A stretch of 64,000 bases of DNA from positions 197,415,741 through 197,479,740 of the forward strand of contig CM041465.1 of the NCBI GenBank assembly GCA_023213395.1, written 5' to 3'. This document shows positions 50,986 to 64,000 of the stretch, piece by piece. Numbering within the stretch: position 1 is the first letter of the stretch; each line of letters begins with the position of its first letter. The notes below the pieces were generated by a model that worked only from the letters and a program-made list of their open reading frames with translations, was not told the DNA's origin and searched no databases. A program made the position numbers and the translations under genes. The DNA comes from Cycas panzhihuaensis (Eukaryota; Plantae; Cycadophyta).

Positions 50986-53362
50986 TATTATACATGCAAT
51001 TAGTTGGGAATCTTATCTATTTGAAAACAACCTAACTTGGTATCACTTATGTAGTAAGCCTAGTATCTAAGTTTATATCAAATCCCAAGATGACTTATTA
51101 GTTAACTATAAAATGCATATTATGATATTTTAGTGGAACAATTGGCTATGAGTTAAAATATAGGTTATTAGAAAAATTTAGGTTAATCGAGTATATAAAT
51201 TCTAATTAGGAAGGCTTTATTGATAATAGAAAGTTAACATTAGGATACTCCTTCAATCTAAGTTCTATTATGGTTGCTTGGCATTTTAAGAAGTAGACTA
51301 TAATTTTACTATTGACAGCAGGAGAAGAATACAAAGGTGTAGTTACATATGTACATGAAGCAATTTGGCTTCAAAGGTTTGTAGAATATTTACAAGAAAA
51401 GCAAGAGGGACCCACTCAAATACTTTGTAATAATCAAAGCATAATATAAATGACCAAGAACCTAATATTTCATGGAAGAATCAAACATATTAAGACCCAA
51501 CATCACATTATTAGAGAATTAGTATAGTAAGAGGAGATCAAATTAGTGTATTAAAGGACTTGTCATGAAATCAAAAGCATATTTACTAAGGTACTTTCAA
51601 AGTCAAAGTTTTACAAATTTAGAAAAAAACCTTAGAATCTTCCCCAATGTGTATTATAAAGGAGAAATGTTAGATAATGTACATTAAGCACATTATTATT
51701 CAAGGTGATAATGCACTATTACTAAAGGCAAGTTGGTTGACTCATTGTTATCATTTTATGGACCAATGAGGGAGATCCTCATATAAGTTGAGGCCTTTGT
51801 TTATTTCATGGGGCTAAAGCCCAGTGCTTGTGAACACCACCATTGTTTTCAAAAGTATGTTACCCATTTACTCGTGCATGCCCTTAATTTTATTATCCAC
51901 TACCCTTTGCATCCTTTAGATTTCTCTTCATGTTTATTATTCTCCCTTTTGGATGCTTGCTAATGCAATATAAAAATGATTTTTGGATTTGATTAGGAAT
52001 TCCTTTAGGTATAAAATTAAGGATAAAAATTATATACCTAAAGTTATATGGAATATTTGTTATTTTCACATAATTGATGATGGCCTTAGTTGCATTTATA
52101 TTTATAAATAGACGACAAATTTTATTGCCAAGTGGAATATCAAGTTATGTAATAGTGGTTCTCTTGGTACGTACTCATGCATTTTCAAATTGCAAATAAT
52201 ATTCATTATAGTATTAAAGCCTAAAGAAACCTCCCTTCATAACACTTATTACTTTAGTGAGATAAAGTCAAGATTAAAAGTCTTATCATCATTAAGTTTA
52301 TTTAGAAAGTTCATTGAGTATATAATAAGTTTCTTATATATATTAGAGACCTTGCTTTCTATGCTCCTTCTGTGTAGGACATTTGACATTGGAGGTATAA
52401 ACTATCAATTTAGGGAAATGTTTCACCAAAATTAGGCCCCTCACTTGATTTAGATATGTGTTATTGATCAATCACTTATAGACTTTGGTTTATGTACAAA
52501 TTATCTTTGCTTGTTATGCGAAGTCATTGATTAGTCCTTGGTTCACTATATCATGGATTTGTTAAGATTGCATCTATTTTAATACTTATATCATGTTAGT
52601 TTTTATCATGATAGGATGACCGAATGATGTACTATATATGATGATGATTTTACAGATCCCAATAACTGATATTATGGAAATATATCCTAACTCTTACCCA
52701 TTTTGAATCATTCAGGTCTATAATCACTTTTTATTTATTTCATTCTTCTTGATTTTATAATTATTCCATAGATTTAGTCTTGTTGGTCACATTCTTCATC
52801 TTGTTTCGTACCCTAAGTTTCTTTTTTGGGCTTTATTAACCAATGTTTTAGTTAAATATTTTCTGTAGATTGAGTTATCTAAGAGTTCTTTTGTTTGTGG
52901 TATCTTATTTTTTAACTTTTCTTGTTTATTGCGTTATTATAACTATAAATGTGATTTTATTTATAAAATGAAACTATTATATTTTATGAATAAAATTATA
53001 TTTTTTACCCTTTATAAAATGTGGCCATCATATTTTATGAAGGAAATCACATTTTTTATTATGTCATTTGTAAAAGTTTTTTGGTAAAGAATGTTGATTC
53101 CTTTTTATTCTCAAATACTATCACAAAAAATCATAGTAGCTCACTACCCCTTCCTTTTAAATGCCCTAAGACCCTTAGAGCATTCATCATTCATGCAATT
53201 TTCTATTAGAGACGAAGTGAATTTAAAGAGAGTAGTGGATTTTTATCTTGATAAGTTTCAAAACTTTGTATGAACTGCATCAGTTTGCTTGAAGACCATA
53301 CACTTTTGGAGTACTTTCTTATCATCTATTATCCTTGTTAGAACCTGGTAATATTTCATTTT

Positions 53363-56300
53363 TGTTGGAGAGAAGGAGAATATTATAATAAATGAATCAA
53401 ATTATATACATAAGAGTTCATACAATTGCATAGGAGATTGGCAAGTAGAAAACCCTTCCAGGGAAGAAAACCCACCTCTTAAATAGTATATTATATTAAT
53501 AAAATTATCAAAATGCATTGAAATAAGTTGAGGATTTCATCCTCTCTTTCATAACATTAGCCCAACTAGCATACTTAGCCAACTCAACATCAAGATTTTT
53601 GAATAATTTAATCAAGAATAATAACCCAAAGTTCATTGAATGGATAACAATCCATTCACTAAACTTTTAATATAATTAATAATTAACTATATAATATTAA
53701 ATTTATAAAAGATAATATTATAACATCAATATAAATTATTATTCCTAATATCCTCCTGTAATGTTATCTTTAATACAAGAGACGATGATGAGGAATGATA
53801 AAGACTTCAGCTCGTCAATCCCCCTTTGATGAAGACTTTATCAACTTTTAATAACTCTCATACTTGACAAACTTAACTTTTGTTAATGGATTTATTAGTA
53901 TGCCTATAATATATAAATCTATAAGACAATAAAAAAGATTAATAGTATTATCATTTTATATGTTTTGTTCTAGAATATACTATATTATTAGTTACAATAG
54001 AAATGACACCTTGATTATTAACTTTAATCTGAATAGAAGAAGTAGAAAAATAAATCGAGTATATTTAATAAAGATTTAATCCATATAGATTCCTTATTAA
54101 CTTTTACCAAGACTTGATATTTAGCTTTTGTTATAGATAATTCTAGAGATTGCATCTTTTGGATTAACTAAATAATAAGACATGAGTCTAGAAAAAAAAA
54201 AAAATTCTAATTGTAGATTTTTAATTATTTAAATTACCTACATGATCTGAATCTATGTAACCAATCAATTTAAGATCAGAATTATAATAATTATATATTA
54301 GACTATAATGAATTGTACCTTAAAGATATTATAGAATTTATTATTTTACTTTCCAGTATAATTCATGAGACTTTTATATATACATAGAACATAAAGCAAT
54401 GGCATAGAAAATGTCTAGATGAGTATGGGTTAAGTTTATAAGACTTCCTATTAACTGACAATATAAGGTAAGATTGTAGGTTTAACAATCGGTTGATAAT
54501 TTTATATTTAATTACAAAGAAGTTGGTGCTGGATTTGAGTTGTCTATATTGAACCTTTTAATTAGGTCAAGTAAATATTTAGATTATAAAATAGAAATTG
54601 TAGATTTATATTAACATATTTATAGATAAAAAAAGTAGTGAAGATATCCTAATTTAGCATGTTGAATTTATTCATTAGAATAGATTTTAATTGAAGGATA
54701 TTAGAGAGAAGAGATCTAGTGATAATAATGTCATTTACACAGAGAATTAGAATAGTAATATTATTGTTTTATCATTTGAAATAGAAGTTAGGGTCATAAA
54801 TACATTTAATATAACCACTTTGAAGAAGATAGTTATCTATTTTAATATACTAAGATTAAGGGACTTGTTTAAGACCAAATAAAGATTTTCTTAGTTTGTA
54901 AACAAGGTTATGATTATAAATAAAACTAGGAGGTTAGACATATAGATTTCTTCATTAAGCTTACCATTTAGAAAAATACTCTTAACATCTATTTGATATA
55001 TTTACTAGCTAAACTTGGTTACAAGGACAATAACAATTTTAATTATATTCATCTTCACAATAGGAGTAAAGGTTTCGATATAATCAATACCATTTATCTG
55101 AGAGAAATCCTTAGCTATTAAGTGTGTTTTATATTTTTCTACAACTCCTTCAAGTTATATTTAGTTCACTAAACCTATTTGTAGTCTCCTAAATTTTTAC
55201 CTAATGGTAATGGTACTAATTCCCAAGTTAAATTCTTTTGAAGAGCTTTGTATTCTATTTGCATTGCTTGTTGCCATACATGATTGTTATAAGATTTCTT
55301 AAATATTCTAGGATTATTGTTGGCTATTACTTTGGCCATTAGGGCATACTTGTCTTGTAACTTTTTCTAGTATCCAAAGGATTACCCGTGTTAAAACTAG
55401 CATTAGAAAGGACTTTTTGTACCTATTTTGTTTGTTTGTTTCTAGAAAGATGATTTGTAGAAGAAGATGGATTAAATTTATCATACTCTATTAGAGTTTA
55501 ATTTTAGACTTATATAGACAGGCTTTCAATAATTTTATTTTCAACTTATTTTTCTATAGATTCAGTTAGTATAGTGTTGGTTAAAAGATTTTTGATAGGA
55601 AGTTTAATTTAATTAGGATTAGAGTTTGATGAAAATTCTTCTTCATGAAAAACAACATCACATATAATTAAAATAATGTGCATAATAGGATCAAGTAACT
55701 TATAAGCCTTTATTTCTTTACTGTATCTAATGAAGATAAACTTTGAGCTTTTAAGATCTAAATTTTTATGTTTTTCCTTTGGAGCATGTCCCCAAGTGAT
55801 GCTTCTAAAGACTTTTAAGTGTTTTATAGATGGTTTATGACTAGACCACTTTTATTCTGGTATAATATTCTGTAAGGCTTTGTTTGGTATTCTATTTAGT
55901 AGATAATTGAAGTAAGCTATTACTTCACCTTATAATTTTAAATCAAGATCTTTTAACATGCATTTAGTCATTTGATCTAAAATATAGTTTGCATTCAACA
56001 AAACTATTTTATTAGAAGTATAGGCAATGAAATATTGAAATCTTATTTTATACTTTTTATATAAAGAAGTAAATTCATTACTTAGATATTTTTTTACATT
56101 ATTTAATTTAAATATTTTAATTTTAAAGTTAGATTAATTTTCAATCAAAGTTTTAAATTCTACAAAAGTATTAAACACTTGAATTTTATTATTAAACATA
56201 TAAACTTAGTATTTTTTAGAGAAATTATCGATAAAGGTTATAGAGTATTTGCTTCCAAAATATGATGGTACTTAGAAATGACCATAGATATTTATATAAA

Positions 56301-58800
56301 TAAGTTCAAATAGTGATTTTTCTCAAAATAAAATTTGACGAGGGAAGGGGTCCATGTGTTATTTGCTTGTTACATAGGCTTCACAAACACCACAAAACAT
56401 GGATAATGGAGGGAGACCATGAACTATGTCATGTCAATTTAGGTAATACAATTTACCATAATTTATATGGCTAAATCCTATATGCCATAGCTTATTTATA
56501 GGATTAGAGTTAACTATGAATGTAATGAAAGATTTAAATTTATAATGATTTAAATTTATTAAATTATAAAGACCTATTTTATGGTCAGCAAGTCCTTTTG
56601 GCAGATTTGATATACAGATAATAAATTAGGTAATATCCTAGGAACATAGAAAATATCATTGATATAACTATGTTTTAAGGTTATGTCACTTATTCCTTTA
56701 ACTTTTAACTAGGAACCACTTTTGAAAGAGATTTACTCTTCATAAATAGAATCAAGTTGATACATTGATAAGTATTCTTAGTATTCCGTTATGTGGTAGG
56801 AAGCACTGAAATCTAAAATCCACAAAGGTGGTTAGGTAGTAAGAGTAGAAAAGGTGGAAGCAATAGTAGTTAGAAAATTATGGGATTATGATTAGATCCC
56901 TTTTGAAGCTTTCCACACTTTATATACTATTATATTTCTATAAACATCTATCATGTGTATTTTTTTATAGAGGTAGTTACAATTAATGTTTTGATTATAA
57001 TTAAGTTTAAAATTATTTCTTATTTGTAATATCTACCTAGGTGAATTTTAATTTCTTGATAATCTTGAATGTTTAGAATTTTGATTATAATTACTATTTG
57101 AAGTAAAGCCTCTATAAGATTATTGAGATTTAGGATAATTATTATGATTGTTTTGTTGATTATTTTGGTTTCTATGTTTATTTTTTAGCTTAGTTTTGGA
57201 AAAAAGAGCTTGAGAAGGATCTTAATTGTTTATTGTTTAGATTAAATAGTCTGATATTCAACCAATTAGTTTATAAGTTGATTAAATAAAATAGGGAGGT
57301 GCCCATACTATTGTTTAGAAGTTTTATATTGATTAAACGTTTTTTAAAGTTTATTAATGGTAAGATGGACAAGTGTGTCATCGCCTTTTGTGTAAGTTAT
57401 AGTTATAGTTTTATCATATTTGAGCTGCATCTACCTTATCATAATTTTCTTTAAGTTTGACCTAGATGGTGGAAAGTTCATCTATATCACTAAACTACCT
57501 ATATATATCTGGCAAGAGAGAGGTTAAGATGGTGCCTAGGGTTCCATCGTAATTCATCAGATAAACCATATAAGAATATGATTTAATATCAGTAGGTTTT
57601 GAAAACTCTCTAGTTACGTACCACCAAAGCTTTTGTTGTTTAAGTTGGTCAGATACTTTGACTTTTTAGTTGGTATAATTTATGTCATTTAAAACTATAA
57701 TTTAAATAGAGAAGGTCATCCTTAGTATAATAGTCATTTTAGGAAAGAAAACCTACATAAGGAGATTCTCCTTGATGATGATAAAACAATAAAAGAAAAG
57801 ATAAAGGAAATATAAAAAGATAAACTTCCAAATTCAAATAATCAAGCTATAAATAAAATATATAAGTGTAATCACAATAATTCCATTTCCAAATTAGAAA
57901 AAAAATGACACTAATTTAATCAAGATAAAGATGTATAAGCATTTTATAAATAAATTACGTAACTTATAAATAAATAGGGGGGTTAACTCTTTTAAACAAT
58001 ATTAGTTGATTGTAATTATTTAAAACATATGTTTACAAGTATACATATTGATGTTTAATTCAAATTTGAAATAAAATTACATAAATTATAAGCTTGTTTA
58101 TAACAAATAACATTAAAAATAATGATTAAATGAATTATAGATAAATTAAATGGATTTGTTAAAAAATGAGAGATAAAATGATGTTATTAATTCGTAAATT
58201 TAATAAATAATCAATAACATATTATATTGAACTAAAAAAGTTAAGAATTTATAAAGAAATTTGATAAAATAGATTACTTACTTGTACATACCTAGTTGCA
58301 ATTGATTCCCTTCTCTTTGGTTGAAGTTTTCCCTATCAAAATGGCTTCAAAAATACTTGAATAACTAGTCAAATTGAGGGCATCTAAGTCATGAATCCAA
58401 CATAATTTTTGGGTTTAGATTTTAACTCTGACTAATGAAGTTATAATAAGAAATACATAAGTAATCCTTTTCAAAATTTTGAGGGGCTAAACATTAAGGG
58501 GTTAAACCCCTTTTATAATAAAAGTAAGGTCATATGAGGTGGTGATAAGACTAGGGGCTAGGGGAATATGGGGCTAACAAACTCAAAAAAAGATTTACTT
58601 GAATTTAAATTTTTTTGATAATACAAAAGATTATTTAAAATTATAATAGACTTTGAAGTTTGCCCCAATGCAAAAAAATAAAACTTTGTAAAATTTATCA
58701 AATATTTATTGACACCTAAGGTTTTGGATCAAAATTTTTTACCAAAAAATTATATGTATGAAGATGGTGGATGATAAAAAAATTAATGAATTGTGTTTGA
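53363..58800 (-). mobile_element. Ty1/copia element H, extremely AT-eroded; 3' LTR ~53363-53750; leader apparently interrupted by J
   Basis: Gag start ~57716 (VLNDINYTN*KVKV...KLWWYV); protease WILDFSASYHIT (~56820); integrase and RT (ETFTP, QIDVKSIFLNG) on the - strand; PPT aggagga (-) 53751-53757. No ORF of 60 aa or more survives. Confidence 0.85.
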
Positions 58801-58802
58801 AA

Positions 58803-61800
58803 TGTTGACATTTTAAGTCTTATAAATGCATATGGCTGCTCTTTGATTTGAACGATCAACTACATCTAGATGCTCTTTGTTGGCTTTGAGGTGTAGAGCG
58901 AAAGGATTACAAGTACAAAGACATCATCTTCAAAGTGAAATGATAATCTTTAAATATAAATGATGGTGTAAAAAAATGCTAGGGAGGTATTCCCCACCTA
59001 TAAATAGATAATTTTGAGGAGGCGATAAGTGCCTCAACCTTACTAACGTTAACATTTAAAAAAATATTAAAATATTAAACAAATAGTTAAATATCTTGCC
59101 TGAGGTGGCTATGGTAGCTCCATATCGACTACAAGTGGCTATTTGGCAATACTAAGTAGCCCAAGATGACTTTGGAAGGCTCAAGGTGGCATTAAGAGGC
59201 TCAAGGTGTTCATATGCACTTACAAATTATGCATTATCCCAATATTCTCCCCCATAATGGCCAATATGTAGAACTCTCAACTTGTCTCTGAATTTCTAAA
59301 ATTTGATCTTACCTAAATCTTTTATGAAGATGTCTATCGCTTGATCTTTAGTACTACAATATACCAATTTAATTTCTACTGCTTGTACTAGCTCTCAAAT
59401 AAAATGATACTACATCTCAATATACTTTATTCTACCGTGAAATACATGGTTCTTTATCATTTGTATTATACTCTGATTATTACACCAAATACTTATAGGC
59501 CCCTTATGTTCTAACTGAAAGTCTTATAATAGTCTTCTCAACTAAATTATTTCATATGTGTTAGTGATTGCTACTTTATATTCTACTTCAGTTGTAGATA
59601 GAGAAACTGTATTTTGTTTCTTAGTGCTCCAGGCTATAGCTATCGAACCCATACTAAAAATATAACTTGAAGTCAATTTTCTATCGTCGATGTCATGTGC
59701 TCAATCTAAATCTGTATAGCCCATCAACCAAAAATTTGATAAAGCTTTATAATATAGACCATATTCTGAAGTGCCTTTAAGATATCATAGAATTCTTTTG
59801 GCTACTTGCCAATGAATAGTCTTTAGGCCTTGCATGAATCTGGATACAATACTAACTGAATGCATTATGTCTAGTTGAGTAGATGTGAAGTATATCAAAC
59901 TACTAATTAACTATTTATGAAGTGTAGGATCAACGGGTGTAGAATCATCTAGTTTGGATAGCTTGGTTCCTATTTCTACTAGAGTTGCTAATGGTTTGCA
60001 ATCGGCCATCCTGAACTTTTGTAATAGGTCCAGGGTATATTTACTTTAGGAGATGAAGATATTATTTTTATCCTACCATACCTCCAAACCTAAAAAGTGA
60101 TGTATTAATCCCAAATATGTCATTTCAAATTCCTTACACATGGCTTCCTTAAAGTTTCACAAAACATGGGAGTCATTTTTAGTGTAGACAAGATCATCTA
60201 CATAGAGTCCCATAATTAGAATAAATTCTCCCTTAATTTTGATGTAGAGATTTGGATCTGATTGAGACCTTTCAAAGCCTTGATTTCTAAAATATTTATC
60301 AATTTGAGAATACTAAGCGCTCGATGCTTGTTTCAAACTATAAAGTGCCTTTTTGAGTTTGTACACTTTGTCCTCTTCCCCCTTGGCTTCAAAACTGAGA
60401 GGTTGAGAGACATAGATATCTTTGTCAATGTAGCCATTGAGAAAAGTGCTTTTGATATCCATTTGATAAAATTTTCATCCCATTTGAGCTGCCAAACTCA
60501 TCATCATACAAATAGTTTCCATTCATGCAATAAGAGCAAATGTCTCATTGTATTTAATACCTTCTCTTTGGGCATAACCTTTAGTGACCAATCCAACTTT
60601 ATATTTATCAATTGATCTATTATAGTGAAACTTGGTTTTATAAATCTACTTAGTACCAATTTCTCTTTTATTAGGAGGTAAGTCAACCAATTCCCAAGTA
60701 TCATTCTTAATAATGGAGTGATATTTGTCTTCCATTATCTTTCTCTAAGAAGCATGTACATTGGTCTCATCAAAGGTTTAAGGCTCATGGAACTTCAAAA
60801 CTTTACTCATGAGAGCAAGTTTACCTTATGTGAGTGAGTGGATCTTTAATTACTATCCAAAATATTACTCATCTTGTGATTCATTTGAACCCATTTCTGA
60901 AGACCTTATGGTGGAGGTTGAGAAGAGGTTCCCTCTCCACTTAGTTCATTAATGACTTGTCTAGAGTCAAATATAAGAGGCACATATTTTGACTTGGTGG
61001 AGATGTCAAAATTGATCATTACTTCTTTCCTCTTTTCTTGATCATCATGATAACAAGCATATTCCTAAAACTTTATATCTCTACTTACCATAACCTTCTT
61101 TGACTTAAGATTAGAGGCTTTATATGATTTAGACATTTCATTATAGCCAAGAATTATGCACTTGATGCTATGGTCATCCAATTTAGATCTTCTTTGGTTA
61201 GGTACATGTACATAGGCTAAGCACCAAAAAACTCTCAAGTGATGTATGTTTGGCTTGTAGCATATCCAAGATTCTTCAGGTGTCTTCCACCTTAGGGCTT
61301 TGGTGGAGCACCTATTAAGGAGATAAATAAATGTATGGACTATTTTTGCCCAAACTCATAGGCTTAATTTTTATCTTTTAACATGCACCTTGTCATTTCT
61401 ACAATGGTGCAATTTTTCCTTTCATCTACACTATTTTGTTGTGGGATGTAGGGATTTATGAGTTACCTTTTTATCCCATGATGCATGCAATATGCTTTAA
61501 ATTCATTGGATATGAATTCTCCCTTATTATCAGATCTTAGTGAGAGAAGTTTGTACCCACTCTATCACTCTACAAAGGTTTTGAAGTTAACAAAGTGGTG
61601 GAAGGCATCTGATTTGAACTTAAAGAATACCCAAGCCTTCCTAGTGTAGTCATCAATGAATTGATGAAATAGTGTGCACATACTAATGAGGGGGCATCCA
61701 TAGAGCCATAGATATCTGTATAGACTAGTTGACGTAGTCCAGTTGCCTAATAGTTGTGATCAATAAAACTTTCCATGTGTTGTTTGCCAAGTAGGCACCC

Positions 61801-64000
61801 CTCGCATATGGTTTTGTCCACTTTAATGTTAGGCAATCCATTAACCATATCTATTCTTTTCATCAACACCAAACTACTATAGTTGAGGTGTTTAAATATC
61901 CTATGCCATAAGTCATTATTCAATTTAATTGCAATTCTTAAGGTATAAGTATTTGATGGAGTAAGGACAAGTTTGAAAAGTCTATCTTTTGTCATTTTGC
62001 CTTTTGTAATAATTGCCTTATTTTTCCTTTTGTCTTTAATTGTGCATTCACCATTATCAAAGATAACCTTGTAATCCTAATCCATCATTTACCCTACTGA
62101 TAATAGATTTTTCTTTGAGGCAAGAATATATAATACATCATTGAGGTATTTATACTCTTCTATATCTGTCATGAGAGTTATGTTACCTTTACCAACTGAT
62201 TTATGGGATGTGTCATCACCGAACATTATTAAACCTCCTTTTCTTTTATTTAATTTATGGAATAAATACTCTTTATGAGTCATTTAAATGGAGCAACTCA
62301 AATCAATATACCAACTATCGTCTTCTTCTTCTTGGGCAGTAAAACTAGATAAGAAAAGTCTGTTATTATCCCTTGTCTCAATTGTGGTAATTGCATTACC
62401 TTTTGTGGGTGGTCCATGTTTTGAAAAATATTTGTTTTATATAGGATTACTACGATGACAATAGGTATAATATAGTGTCTCTCTTCTTCCATAGCTTGTA
62501 CTTCGACTACAAGGATGGGTTCTTTCAATGTGGGATGATCTCCCCCTTTCCTTATAATGGGGAACTTGATTGTCCCTTTATCTATTATCGTAATAATTCT
62601 AGTTTGACTTTGTAGCTTGAATATTTCCTTGGTAATTTAGGCAATATGGATGTTCCTAAAGTTATTTCTCTTGATTTTGGTACCTAGGAGGATTGCCATT
62701 TCATTAGTTTGCTCCTTGTCTCCTTTGGTAAGGAGCTTGATATTTAGGTAGATCTTGATGCATATCGCTTCTAGGATTTCTATCCCTTCTCTTAGGAGAT
62801 AGTTCTCTGGATTTTGATATACCCACTTAAGAATGAGATTAGATTATAGCCTTGGTAGCAAAGGCATAGCTTAAGGGATTTATTTACATTTTGTTGTTCT
62901 TTGATCATCATCAATATAACACTTAGTTATTTCACCTTAAGGGTACTTATGTCTTTAGAAACCCTTATGTTTATCGCTACTATTTCAAATCTTTTTATAG
63001 CACCTATACATCTCAAAATTCTTTCCACTACTCTTTGCTCTATCAACGTATCTCCAAGCGATCTCATTTGATTAACTATGTCCCGCACCTTAGTCATGAA
63101 TTTCGTCACGAATTCTGTTGGCATCATCTGTAAGTTTTCAAATTTGCTTCTTAGGTTTTGAAACTTAGAAGATGCAACTCCTTCATAAATTAACTGTAGG
63201 TTATTCCATACTTTCTTTGATTTTATTGGCTCACTAAATCTTGGAAAAATGTGATCTTCTAATATACAAAAGATAAGGGCAAGGGCTTTATTATCTTTTT
63301 TAACATTTTCTTTATAAGATACCTTTTCAATGTCAATGATATTCTAACCTAATTCACTGCAACCTATTCTCATAAGATTTCACATGTCATTAGTGATGAG
63401 GATAGGTATCATCCTCCTACTCCAATTTAGAAAGTTATTACTATCAAACTTAGGAATTATCATGTTTCCAAAGTTTGTTATCATTTCTTAGCTAAAGTTT
63501 AAAAAACTATAAATAAAGTAAATTTTTTCAAAGGTTTGATTTTGAAAATTAACCTAATAAATAATGTTTAAGATTTCCCAAGGTTTTGCAAGTGTCTTAG
63601 TCCCTAATGAGGCTTCTAAGCTCCAAGTCCAAGGGTCTTTAAGGGAAACCTTTGGTTGCTATCCTATCTAGTGGCGCCTACCCATAAGTGAAAAAATAGG
63701 GACCCAATATACCAATACATGAGCTCTAGTATATGGACTACTACGAAGGTTGTTACATCCCCCTAAATTATTGGTCCACCTATGTTGGACTTATGCCTAG
63801 CAATAGATCTAGTAGTGAAGGTTTTACTAATCAAGGCACTCGCCCTCTCCATGCATAGCCTTAGTCTCCAAACTCTAAAAAAGATAGCTTCTCCACCTCA
63901 ACCTACCACCTAATATACCTTATAGCCAATGACTTTCCTCATCCAATATGAATAGGCCAATTGGTATGTATATGGTGGTAACTTCAAGAGTTCTAACTGT
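58803..64000 (-). mobile_element. Ty1/copia element J (related to B), 3' LTR ~58803-59244, gag start 63484, 5' end beyond the window
   Basis: Gag MIIPKFDSNNFLNWSRRM; ORFs 62927..63127 (gag UBN2-like), 62089..62283 (protease), 61747..61995 (LWHR..HLN, CEGCLLGKQH); RT YVDD (~60195); PPT gggggagaa (-) 59245-59253. The LTR left boundary is approximate. Confidence 0.9.

Larger units (their letters stand above)
37870..52068 (+). mobile_element. Ty1/copia element E (RT-RNase H-3' LTR), split into three pieces (37870-38353, 45458-45971, 50991-52068) by G and F
   Basis: RT EPHNFEEA..., ETFAL, WVIY|QMDIKCSFLNG, YIDD, PIDLSL|YMQLVGNLIYL read through both insertion junctions. RNase H to ~51640; PPT aaaggagaaa; LTR from TG at 51668 (right end approximate). 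Confidence 0.9.

Noticed and set aside
38854-60615. Antisense ORFs such as 38854..39069, 42050..42397, 46986..47288, 47804..48109 and 60262..60615 as genes
   Set aside because: These are shadow ORFs opposite copia gag/pol sequence.
1-64000. Strand polarity of elements (mostly + left of the island, mostly - to its right)
   Set aside because: Too few elements, and there are exceptions (the gypsy remnant and E are + on the right side). Consistent with chance.

Overview
This window is a very AT-rich, strongly CpG-depleted eukaryotic heterochromatin-type region, almost certainly from a large plant genome (gymnosperm-like; this is inference). It contains no intact host protein-coding gene. About 80% of it is nested, heavily deaminated LTR retrotransposons. 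There are seven coding Ty1/copia elements: A 4.8-9.7 kb (+), B 9.7-13.2 kb (+), C 17349-23468 (+, full length with TSD), E 37.9-52.1 kb (+, split by G and F), G 38354-45452 (-, full length with TSD), F 45972-50985 (-, with TSD) and H 53.4-58.8 kb (-). An eighth, J, runs from 58.8 kb off the window end (-). Other elements are a non-coding LTR element D (35.3-37.9 kb, -), the 3' end of a Tat/Ogre-like gypsy element with an antisense plant-mobile-domain remnant and tandem arrays (1-4 kb), and chromovirus-like gypsy remnants (30.2-32.0 and 34.1-35.3 kb). A ~4.4 kb direct duplication (14220-24651 and 26319-30694) preserves the empty insertion site of element C. The most anomalous segment is a ~1 kb CpG-retaining island at about 33.4-34.35 kb. 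It carries a cluster of ABA/stress-type cis motifs and a foldable ~140 nt segment closed by a box C/D (kink-turn)-like motif, so it is a candidate distal enhancer/promoter or unannotated ncRNA. All translations and alignments were made by eye and boundaries without TSDs are approximate.
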